Source of the DNA: Chiloscyllium plagiosum | Taxonomy: Eukaryota | Direction of reading: 5' to 3' | Assembly (NCBI RefSeq): GCF_004010195.1 | Contig: NC_057718.1 | Coordinates: forward strand, 59,268,485-59,332,484 | DNA: 64,000 nucleotides | In this document: positions 38,931 through 49,494 of the stretch, piece after piece | Layout of the letters: each line of letters opens with the position of its first letter | Numbering within the stretch: position 1 is the stretch's first letter | Translations under genes and position numbers: made by a program | Notes under the pieces: model-generated | Database searches by the model: none | What the model saw: only the letters and a program-made list of their open reading frames with translations | What the model was told of the DNA's origin: nothing

Positions 38931-39978
38931 ACCTGAAAATGTGTTGCTGGAAAAGCGCAGCAGGTCAGGCAGCATCCAAGGAGCAGGAGAATTGAAGTAT
39001 CGGGCATGAGCCCTTCTTCAGGAATGAGGAAATGTGCCAAGCAGGCTAAGATAAAAGGTAGGGAGGAGGGACTTGGGGGACGGGTGTTGGAAATGCGATA
39101 GGTGGAAGGAGGTTAAGGTGAGGGTGATAGGCCGGAGTGGGGGTGGGGGAGGAGAGGTCAGGAAGAAGATTGCAGGTTAGGAAAATGGTGCTGAGTTCCA
39201 GGGATTTGACTGAGACAAGGTGGGGGGGGGAGGGGAAATGAGGAAACTGGAGAAATCTGAGTTCNNNNNNNNNNNNNNNNNNNNNNNNNNNNNNNNNNNN
39301 NNNNNNNNNNNNNNNNNNNNNNNNNNNNNNNNNNNNNNNNNNNNNNNNNNNNNNNNNNNNNNNNNNNNNNNNNNNNNNNNNNNNNNNNNNNNNNNNNNNN
39401 NNNNNNNNNNNNNNNNNNNNNNNNNNNNNNNNNNNNNNNNNNNNNNNNNNNNNNNNNNNNNNNNNNNNNNNNNNNNNNNNNNNNNNNNNNNNNNNNNNNN
39501 NNNNNNNNNNNNNNNNNNNNNNNNNNNNNNNNNNNNNNNNNNNNNNNNNNNNNNNNNNNNNNNNNNNNNNNNNNNNNNNNNNNNNNNTGGTGGTGGGATC
39601 TGTTTGGAGGTGGCGGAAATGATGACGGATGATACGATGTAAATGGAGGTTGGTGGGGTGGTAGGTGAGGACCAGTGGGGTTCTGTCCTGGTGGCGATTA
39701 GAGGGGCGGGGCTCAAGGGCGGAGGAGCGGGAAGTGGAGGAGATGCGGTGGAGAGTATTGTCGATCACGCCTGGGGGGAAATTGTGGTCTTTGAAGAAGG
39801 AGGCCATCTGGGTTGTTCGGTATTGGAACTGGTCCTCCTGGGAGAAGATGCAGCGGAGATGAAGGAATTGGGAATATGGGATGGCGTTTTTACAGGGGGC
39901 AGGGTGGGAGGGAGTCGGTCGGTTTATAGTAAACGTCCGTGTTGATTCGGTCGCCCGAGATAGAAATGGAGAGGTCTA
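38931..39978 (-). mobile_element. Penelope-like element, 5'-truncated, with a 9-bp TSD
   Basis: ORF MASFFKDHNFP..DRTPLVLTYHP (PLE thumb/linker); HHR-type end near 38990-39025 with GAAA mutated; TSD tacagtatg at 38922-38930 and 39979-39987. Confidence 0.88.
39265..39587. other. Assembly gap, 323 N
   Basis: Run of n. Confidence 1.
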
Positions 39979-40275
39979 TACAGTATGCCAACTGTGTACA
40001 CCGAAAAAGAAAACATTCCCCTGAGGACAACAATCAACACACTGGCCTGTCTGCAGACCAAGAACAGACAAGGGCTAAATCAACATTTCCAGAAAGTTGC
40101 ACCGTAAGATCTGCTAAAGTTGTCAAATCACAGAATGGATAAATGGACCCACTTAGATTTATATACTTGTAAATTTTTACATCTATACATCTGTTTAATT
40201 AATTTTGCTATTGGCCAATATTTATTTGATTTTACTTGTAGCATGCAAGAGCTATTTTTGCAGTAAAAATGGGGA

Positions 40276-40493
40276 TGTTGTATTGCCAGCTTTGCTATGA
40301 TGTTCCTTTAAGAAATCAACATGCAAATGAGTCAAGGATGCCCACAGGCTATAAGTTATCTGCGCTGCAGTACCCAAGGCATAGACTATCTGGAGATTAA
40401 TCTGTGTATATCAGTTTACCTGTAAATAAACTTACCAGCGGTCTTCAAGTAAACAGAAGCAATATGTCTCATTTACATTACATTTAGATAACA
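40276..40493 (+). repeat. 3' LTR of the Gypsy element
   Basis: TG..CA ends, preceded by a PPT-like aaaaatgggga (40265-40275); AATAAA at 40425. Confidence 0.65.
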
Positions 40494-40499
40494 AAAGGA

Positions 40500-41950
40500 T
40501 CTCATTACACTTGGATGTGATTATGCCAGCATTTGACTTAAAGTTATGGTGTTAGATAAACAGTGGAAAAGATGATAAGAAATAATTCAAAATGTTCTAC
40601 AAAAATACATTCCATTGAAAACCAAAATCTATGATAAAGATCCATCTATGCATTACCAATGAGCTTAATGTTAGTATTAGGTCAAAAGAGAATTATAATG
40701 TTGCAAAGACTTGTATTAAATTAGAGGATTGGGAGTATTTTAGAAACTAGACAATAGTAACAAAAAAAAAGTTGGGAAAAGAAGGAAGTAGTCAGAAATA
40801 TAAGAGATTTTATGTATGTGTTTGTGTATAAAGGAAGCAAGTAGCTAAAATAAACATTGGTCTCTCAGAAGCAGAGGAAGGAGAAATTATCATGGGCATG
40901 AGTAACTAAGAGATTGAATAAATATTATTTTGCCTGTCTGGACTATAGAAGAGACAAGTTACATGCTCAAAAGAAAACCCCAAGGAGATCATAACAGTGA
41001 GTAAATTAAAATAATTGATATCTGCAGAGAAACTGGAGAAATTCAAGGGATTAAAATCCAACAAATCCCCAGAGCCTGATGATCTAAATCTTAGGAGCTG
41101 TAAAAGAAGAAACTGCAAAGTGATGTGCTAGATTTGACATTCCAAAATTCCTTAAATTCTGGAATGGTCCCTGAAAATAGCAATTTACAAATGTAAAATT
41201 TATTTAAAAAAGGGAACCTCACGCCAGTTAGTCTGACATCTGTGTCATCAGGCATGTACTGGAACTTATTATGAAGTATATATCTCAATGTCCCTGGAAA
41301 AGCATGATATATGCTGAAAAATGTGTTGCTGGAAAAGCGCAGCAGTTCAGGCCGCATCCAAGGAGCAGGAGAATCGATGTTTCGGGCATAAGCCCTTCTT
41401 CAGGAATCATGCTTATGCCCGAAACATCGATTCTCCTGCTCTTTGAATGCTGCCTGATCTGCTGAGATTTTCCTGCAACACATCTTTCAGCTCTGATCTC
41501 CAGCATCTGCAGTCCTCACTTTCTCAAAGCATGATATATTTAGAACAAGTGAACATGGTTTTATAAAATTAAATCCTCCTTGCCCAATTTATTCCATTGG
41601 TTTTCCGGATATAACCTGTAGGATAGATGAAGAGGAATCAGCAGATGTTGGATACTTGGAGTGCTGGAAGGCATTTGGTGAGTTAGCATATGAAACGTTA
41701 ATACGAATCATAAAGGCTAAGAAGTTGGAGGTGATATTTTTAGCATGTATAGAGGATTGGTTAATGGACTGGAAGCAGATGGCAGATAAATGTGACATTT
41801 TTAGATGGGCATGCTGTGAGTAGTGAAGAGCAGCAAGAGTCCATAATAAGGCCTTAGTTATTTACAATCTACATTAGTGGCTTGGGCTAAGAGACAGATT
41901 AATATATGTAAGTTTCTGATAATACAAAACTGAGTGGAAAGTTACAGATT
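40500..41950 (+). mobile_element. Old CR1 ORF2 remnant, probably continuing 29850-33430
   Basis: GLKSNKSP.PD, PVSLTSV, and decayed HGF and KAF motifs. Confidence 0.7.
41313..41525. mobile_element. Palindromic PLE-derived HHR element with a 14-bp TSD
   Basis: Inverted arms of about 85 bp; TSD aaagcatgatatat at 41299-41312 and 41526-41539; minus-strand CTGAAGA-A-GGGCTTATGCCC-GAAA-CATC. Confidence 0.9.
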
Positions 41951-42168
41951 AAGAAAACCACAGACTGTGATATTTTTGTGAAATAACCCAGTTTGTGTTG
42001 TTTTTGTTTTGGAATGTCTGTATTGGTAACAATGTACTTTTTTAAGAAAGAAAGACTTGCAATCACTCACTACCACTGTACGATGTCACAAAGTTCTTTA
42101 CAGACAATGAAGTACATTAGAGTTCAGATCACTGTTGTAACTAGCGATGCAAATTTCTTAGGGATGAA

Positions 42169-42366
42169 GTCAATTCTGATATAATGCGATAGTTCAATTC
42201 TCGTGTGGTCTCATGTTATAAGAAAATCGTGCAATAGCCGTGCCATTTAAACTAATGGGGCCGGAATCATGTCATTACCAAAACAGGTAAAGAAAGTTGC
42301 ATTGTACAAATAACGGTCTAAATTCTTCAATCATGTTGAAGAAACATGCATTATAGCAGAACTGAC
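42169..42366. mobile_element. MITE (Tc1/mariner-Tigger-like)
   Basis: 19-bp TIRs gtcaattctgatataatgc / gcattatagcagaactgac with 2 mismatches; about 200 bp non-coding. Confidence 0.7.
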
Positions 42367-42429
42367 CATACTATCATCTGTGTATGTGTATTATTGTAAC
42401 AGCAATGTCTTGGAGGGCTAATGGAAAAT

Positions 42430-42550
42430 AAAGTAATGCAGATGCTGGAAATCTGAAACAAAAACAGAAATTGCTGGAGAAACTCAGCAGGTCTAGCAGC
42501 ATCTCTGGAGAGAAAGTAGAGTTAATGTTTCAGGTCCAGTGACTTTTCTG
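42430..42550 (-). mobile_element. PLE-end fragment, second family
   Basis: tgcagatgctgga..gctggagaaactcagcaggtctagcagcatc, similar to the PLE tail. Confidence 0.7.
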
Positions 42551-44019
42551 TCTTTAGAAGTGGATTACTTAGTACAAATAATGCTGACATATCTATGCCT
42601 ACCTGCTGAGGGTCTGTTAGACATTTTAAGTATACAATTCAGTAACACTTACCCTATAAGTTACTGTTGGTGATCCATCGTGCTTATGAATTACTCTGTT
42701 CTATTTTAGTGGTGGCATTGGTCCAATTGCAAACCTATCAGTTAATATTTCCATTAAACCACAAAATAATGTGATACAAAGAGCTCAGCTAATATCACCA
42801 TCAATAATTTAGCATAGTTATGTATAAATATATATCGGGAGAAGATCTTTGGTCCATCTAATTTACCCTCCCATTTTATTTCCTGTGAGGTACCTTTATA
42901 TATCATTAAATTATAAAACATTTGTTAGGTATAAGAATTGGCCAATTCTTTTAAGTCAATTTAAATTTCAGTGTTCACAATTTCATGCAGGAATTTAAAA
43001 CGATAGTTCAGTTTCAAATGCTGAGAAAATGATGTATCTGTATATCTGGGCTTTCTAATAGCTCATTTGGCCAGAGTTCCTGTGTCTGAGTTTTATTCTG
43101 TGACTTCCAGTGAAGAGTGATTGAGCACACAAGATAATTGAGAACAGGCTCACAGTCAGCTGTGATGCTCCATCCAGTCAAATAGTTTGCTGATGTTCTC
43201 TACCTAAGGTCACACATTCAGCCACTTGGGTAAGGTGCTGGGAAGCTGGTGCTCTATCCAAATATGAATTATTGTCTTCAGAAGGAAACAAGAGAATGAA
43301 ATATGGGTTAGATTGTTTGCTATTTGTGGTGAAGTGATAAATTAGTTCATTAATAATAGCATACAGTGAAGATCAAGCCACATAGTGCTATTAATCTGGA
43401 AAACTTATTGCCACGCTTTGTATTGCTTGGAAGCCTGATATTTCTGATAGCAGTGCTTTTTTTTAAAGACAGATGAGTTTACCCTTGATCTCCATATATT
43501 AATTTACTGCAGATCTGAAAGGAGTCATTTAGAGTTACACTTTGAAAACATTTGATATGGATATTCTTTGGACTCATTTTAATTCAACAGGTTTGCACCA
43601 ATGGTGTTTCATCAGTTGCAAAAAAAAAAATTCTCTGATAATATTTTTTTCATATCTTTTAAAGTAGTTTCTTAAATTATGCTGTATGCCTTGTCATATA
43701 TTGCAAGATCTGAATATTTTGCTGTACAGTCGTCTGTTGGGGAGGTATTAGTAATAAAGTTAGCTCAGTCATGATTGACTACTGTGAAACCACATGGTGA
43801 GTTAATCTCAGTGCAACCTACAATAAAAATGCTGGTCACAAGGATGACATGGAATTATTACAAAACATTTGAGAAATTTAAGGACTGAAGAACATGATGA
43901 CACATTTTTGGAACCTGCAACTCCTGTTGATTTTGAGAAAGCTTGATTAATTTCGCAGTTCAGTGTATGTACCGCATTTCGGTATACGGCAAGTCAGCAG
44001 AGTATACAACTGAAACATG

Positions 44020-45045
44020 ACATTGACGACATAATTAGGGACAATGCGGAAGTTCAACATTAACAAGGAGCAGTGGGGTAATTATGTACATAGGTCGCCC
44101 ATTTGGCTGAAAGTGAATGAAATAGGCGATAAGGATAAAGTAAACATTTTCCTCCCGTTGATGGGGTCAGATGCTGTTTGGTGTCTAACTAGAGTTTTCC
44201 AGAAGGTCCCAGCATTATGAACTATCTGAAATTAGTGATTTTATGGATTCATTTTATGACACAACTATGAATGAGACTGCATACCCCATCAAAGGAAACA
44301 GTTACTAAGTCAGATTGCTGTAAATGTTTGCAGGTCTCAAATGACAAGAAATACTCCTGTCACTGTAGGTATGGCCTCAAAATGGAAAAAAAGCTTGGAT
44401 TCATGTTTGTAGGAGGCTAAAATAATAATAGAATCCAAACTAAGATTTTGATTAAAGGCTATAAGGTAATGTGTGGGGAGGCTATGGTGAGGCCACAGAC
44501 AAAGGAACTGACACATATGGAATTTTACGACTCACCAAGGGAGTCAGTTTAATGCCCATCAGATTTTAGTTGTCCAGGCTATAATGATTATAACAAGGTC
44601 AGCCAGATGGACTTCATAGAATATGACTCCCCTGTTTGGGGCTGTTTATCTGGTCCAATCAGGGACCCCTGGCTGATGGATGTAAATTTCACCCTGAGAG
44701 CTGGCTCTGAGGGAGCTGGATTAGTGTCAAGGACTCTCCATGTATAAATAATGGGTGGCTTAATGACAGGATACCGGCCTCTATGGAGTTATTTTACAGA
44801 TTATGGCAAAGTTCAGATATTCTGGAGTTGGAAATGTAGATGTTGTGATATGTAAAAGTGCTATGTCTGTAGCTAAGTTTGTCATGTCGTGATAGTATAC
44901 AGGCTGTGGTAAAGCCACAGATCACAGCCTTGTACCAGATCGAGATTGTGGCAGATTGAATGCTACTTTAGGAGCATAGAAATCCTCAAATGCACAAATG
45001 ACAGATGTGGAAAGCAAAGTCAATGCTATCAGTCAGGAAGTTTAA
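44020..45045 (+). pseudogene. Decayed Gypsy gag remnant; pol debris may continue to about 48900
   Basis: WLKVNEIGDKDKVNIFLPLMGSD gag-like segment near 44105-44175; Cys-rich relic near 44940-45030. Confidence 0.45.
44580..44798 (+). repeat. Solo LTR
   Basis: About 220 bp with CCAAT, a polyA-like signal and a CA end; resembles a common shark LTR family as I recall it. Confidence 0.55.
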
Positions 45046-45049
45046 GAGT

Positions 45050-45984
45050 TGTACTCATTCTTCTTTTGGGGTTGCCGACTTTGCCAAAGAGACTGTGTAA
45101 TATCCTTGCCCATTGCACGAGGAAGAACATTCTACTGAATTGGAGGTCAGAAAAACCACCAGGTCTTATGGGGTGGCGTAGGCTGGTGATGGAGCATCTC
45201 CCCCAAGATTACCTCACAAGTATGGTGCACCACAAAACGGAACAGTTTTATAGGATGTGGCAGCCCTTTCTAAATTATATTGAAACTGACTTGTCAGCAA
45301 TATTAATCAGGGCCGTGGTATAGCTGTGGGAATCTTTATGGGCACCCATAGGGCCCCGGGAGAAGGAGACTGGAAAGAAAAGAATATGGGTACTGTAGGG
45401 GATACTCCCAGGGATGGGAGCCTCAGTGGAGGTATGATGAGTAAGATAGAATAAAATATTGAGATATTATTTAATTTAAGTTATTTGAATGTAGTTTAAG
45501 CTAGTATATATTTAATATGTTTGTAGTTTAGTTTTAGTTAAGTAAATATATTTGCTTTGGTAGAATAATGGATTGTTTTATTAACAATAGTACTAGGAGG
45601 AGAAAGTGAGGACTGCAGATGCTGGAGATCAGAGCTGAAAATGTGTTGCTGGAAAAGCACAGCAGGTCAGGCAGCATCCAGGGAACAGGAGAATCGACGT
45701 TTCGGGCATAAGCCCTTCCTGAAGAAGGGCTTATGCCTGAAACGTCGATTCTCCTGTTTTCCTGAAGAAGGGCTTATGCCCGAAACGTCGATTTTCCTGT
45801 TCTCTGGATGCTGCCTGACCTGCTGCGCTTTTCCAGCAGCACATTTTCAGCTAAAAATAGTACTATGCTTTAGCCTTGTTCTTTGTGCTTTTTTTTCTGT
45901 TTTGAAGGGTTTTTTCTTTATATATAAATGTTTTGTAAAAGATTTTAAAAAGCTTTTCAATAAAAATATTTATACAAAAAAAAA
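45050..45984 (+). mobile_element. L1-clade 3' fragment
   Basis: ORF 44946-45323 RKNILLNW..MEHLP..FYRMWQPFLNY is homologous to 28378-28530; AATAAA and poly(A). Confidence 0.88.
45596..45855. mobile_element. Palindromic PLE-derived element with tandem HHRs and a 10-bp TSD
   Basis: TSD aatagtacta at 45586-45595 and 45856-45865; HHR cores at 45719 and 45762. Confidence 0.9.
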
Positions 45985-46194
45985 GGATTGTACTCTGTCA
46001 GAAAACAAGAAAACTGCATATAGAAGAGAGTGAATGAGCTGCAGGTATAGTTCTACAACCCATGGTAAAAATGAATGTCAATGTTCACAGCTTACATTAT
46101 TGTGTTTGGGATTTCTTGTATTCTCCTGATATAACAAAGTCATTTATGAAAAACTGGTGCAAGTTATTCCAATAATAATATACCAGAGTGTGTA

Positions 46195-46856
46195 AAATAG
46201 CCCCACTATCAACATCCTTTGGATCACCATTGACCAGAAACTAAACTGCACCAGCTATATAAATACAGCGGCTATAACAAGAAGTCAAAGCCTCAGAGTC
46301 CTGCAGCGAGTTATATACCTCCTGATTCCCCAAAGTCTGTTCGTAATCGACGTGCCACAAGTCAAGATTGTGTTGGAATACTTTGCACTTTTCTGAATGA
46401 GTGCAATTCCGCCAACGTTCAAGAAGCTTGACACCATCCAGGACAAATGCTTGATTGACACCAAACCCACAAAATGCTATTCCCTCCACCACAGGCACTC
46501 AGTAGCAGCCATATTTGCTATTTAGAAATTCAAGTTTCCTTTGAATGCATCCATCAAGCACATGACCATTTTATCTGAAATACAAGGGTAGAAGGTATAT
46601 GCGAAAATCACCACTTGCAAGTTCCCCTCCAAGTCATTCTTACCATCCTTACTTTGAAATATATTGCCATTCCTTCATTGCTGCTGGGTCAAAATCCTGG
46701 AATTCCCTCCCTAAAGGCATTGTGGAGTTACCTACAACACATGGACTGCAGCAGTTCAGGAAGACAGCTCACCACCACCTTCTCAAAGGCAACTGGGGTG
46801 GGTAATAAATGCTGGCCCAGCCAGCAATGCCCACATCCCATGAATGAATAAAAAAA
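46195..46856 (+). mobile_element. Old LINE (CR1/L2 group) 3' fragment
   Basis: INIL.ITIDQKLN and KLDTIQDK motifs; tail gcccacatcccatgaatgaataaaaaa. Confidence 0.75.
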
Positions 46857-48120
46857 GTATGATTATCCCATTACTTGTCATTGGTGGAAGCAAGGAGGCA
46901 ACTAAGTCATCTTGTGAAGAAGTTGTCTTGAGGAATTGCAGTTAATCTTATTTACAGTAAAGATTGCTAAAGGTAGATCTGTTGAAGTGCTGAGACAGCA
47001 CAAAATAGTCTTCTAAATAAAGAGCATGAAGTGATCCTGTTTGTTACCAGTATAATACTAAATATCAAGGCAGAAAATCATGCATATGTGGACGACTTTT
47101 CTTTTTTGAGTTTGCTCATGAAAACTGGATTCATTTCTAGCCACCTGATTACCTGTACATTATTTTACAAACAAAAGGGATAGTCGAGTATCTACCAGAA
47201 AAATTAGTAATGACACACACAAGAATGTGGTACACTGCAAAATGATCAATTTTATCCTAAACGGCTAACCTAAAGAGTGTGACAATGAGAATTTGGAGGT
47301 GCATATATAACAGAAATTATTAGAGCGTAGACCAACGCTGTCTCCTATGGGGTTAGATAGTCATTATTCAGTCAGTGTTTAGAAAGAGATTGTCAGAGGA
47401 CCTTCATCATCAAGAAAACACAGAGATTGTCTGTATGAAAGCAGTCGTAAGAGTCATTTTTAAAATTGAAAATTAGGTAGAGATATTAAAGAGTTGGTGA
47501 TAAGTTGTAAAGTGTTTCACAGTATGAGAAATAATTTAACCAACATTCTATTCAATCTTTGGTCAAACACAAGAAAACTTGGGAACAAGTACATGGTTAT
47601 TTCCTTGAACTGGAAGGAACATGTGTACTTTAGTCAACAGCACATGAATAAATGTTATTTCAATGCGGAATACGATTAACTACTGCAGTTCTGAGAAGTC
47701 GGTTTGCAATTTGTAGGTTATCATTCTACGTTTTACCTCAGATTTTGAAATATTTCTGAATATGAATGGAGTCATACAAACTCTCTCATGCCACCATATT
47801 ACTCAGCAACAAACCAACAACAGCACTGAATGAAGGGACAGATTTCTGGAAGTATTTACTAGGGAACAAACTAAGTATTTTTTTGGGGCGCCGGTCAGGG
47901 TGCTCACCTTACAAGTTACAGACTTAAACTGCTAGGACAAGGTTTAGTTTGTTTAAAACCTAACATTAAAAGTCAGAAAAATCAAGACGAAGTGAAAATG
48001 GGTTACAGTACACCAGATATTAAACTTCAAGGTCATGGTTCAGAAGATCATGGTGAGAAACCAGGGATGATAAGGAGATGTATGTGTTTGAAGTTGTTGC
48101 GAAGACTCTAGAAACATTCG

Positions 48121-48433
48121 ATTAGATTAGATTACTTACAGTGTGGAAACAGGCCCATCGGCCCAACAAGTCCACACCGACCAGCCGAAGCGAAACCCAC
48201 CCATACCCCTACATTTACCCCCTACCTAACACTATGGGCAATTTAGCATGGCCAATTCACCTGACCTGCACATTTTTGGACTGTGGGAGGAAACCGGAGC
48301 ACCCGGAGGAAACCCACGCAGACACGGGGAGAACGTGCAAACTCCACACAGTCAGTCGCCTGAGGCGGGAATTGAACCCAGGTCTCTGGCGCTGTGAGGC
48401 AGCAGTGCTAACCACTGTGCCACCGTGCCGCCC
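48121..48433 (-). mobile_element. HE1 V-SINE, young and full length
   Basis: CpG-rich, intact A and B boxes, (aatct)n tail. Confidence 0.95.
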
Positions 48434-49494
48434 ATCTAGATAAGATTGTGGAAGGACTTCATCAGTGTCAAGTAGATCATTGGCTTAAAAGAGAGGACAT
48501 GGCAAAAAGAGAGCACAAGAAATCATCTATAGAACTGCAATTCTTTCCGACAGTCCCAAGAGCATCAGAGCAATAAATTAAAATCAAAAATAATTGAAAT
48601 TTTCCCGGTATCATCAAACTCACTTGTTATTCAAAGTAAGTCAGGCTACTCAAGCAACATCCCAGTCCCAACCACTGAGTGGTATTGAGAGTCAAAGTCA
48701 AAGTTCAGCGTTGACACAGTCGGATATCAACAGAACAATTTCAAGCTAATGGGAATGGAGAGAGACACACTGACAGAAAGAGAGAGAAGCCACTCTAACT
48801 GAAAGATGTGAAGGCATTAATAGGTACATAAGAGACTTGACGTAAATGGAAGGGAATCTGAAAGTTCATGGGGTGCACAAGCGCAGCAATAGAAAAAGGA
48901 ACATGAAGGATGCGAAACCAACCCGCGTCTCAGGCGGAGTCTGAAACTCACTCTCAAAAATGCACAGTTGAAGCCATGCTTTCGCTGAAGCTCATCTGCA
49001 TTAAATGGCTGACACAGTACGTGTTGCAGAGTATTTCTTATAATTAGGGATACAGTAAAACATTTGTAAGTTCAGGCTCCACAAGGATCGATTTTATAAT
49101 AATCATAATTGCAATGATCCAATAGTGCCACCATCTCACTTTAATTTGCACTTCAGCAAATCATTTTTCAAGACTGCACAATAAGAACTGTAGTCTCAAG
49201 CAACTCACAGCTTTACATTGTGTGCACTAATTGCTTCCTTGTCATGTCACCCAAGCAGATATAATCAGACAAACATCCTTAAAAGCATATCTGAATGTTT
49301 TGCATTAGAACATTGCATTGGAATTGGAAGACAATGTTTTGTAGCTGCCACATTTGCACACTGAGCTGTAAGCATGCAAGATCAAGTTTATGATGTGCAA
49401 GGACATTTTTGTCTTTTAACTGGAGTTCTAGCTTGTTGGTTTACAGGTAGAATTCAACTCCCTCACTGAAGCATGAAAACTTTATTGTTCAGTA

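Larger units (their letters stand above)
34601..40493 (+). mobile_element. Decayed Gypsy LTR retrotransposon with nested insertions
   Basis: Gag-like FKMFKQR and QESMDQFVRR; LQLETANDSQLKTLWKVIIEGWPE (37699 ORF); integrase Zn region (38120 ORF); PPT and 3' LTR. Confidence 0.75.

Noticed and set aside
39046..39807. Long ORFs across the gap
   Set aside because: Their length is an artefact of the 323 Ns.
41313..41525. Pre-miRNA or DNA-transposon MITE
   Set aside because: The arms are PLE 3' ends, and TSD lengths vary among copies.
48360..48433. tRNA genes at SINE heads
   Set aside because: The A/B boxes continue into the V-domain and LINE-like tail, so they are SINE heads.
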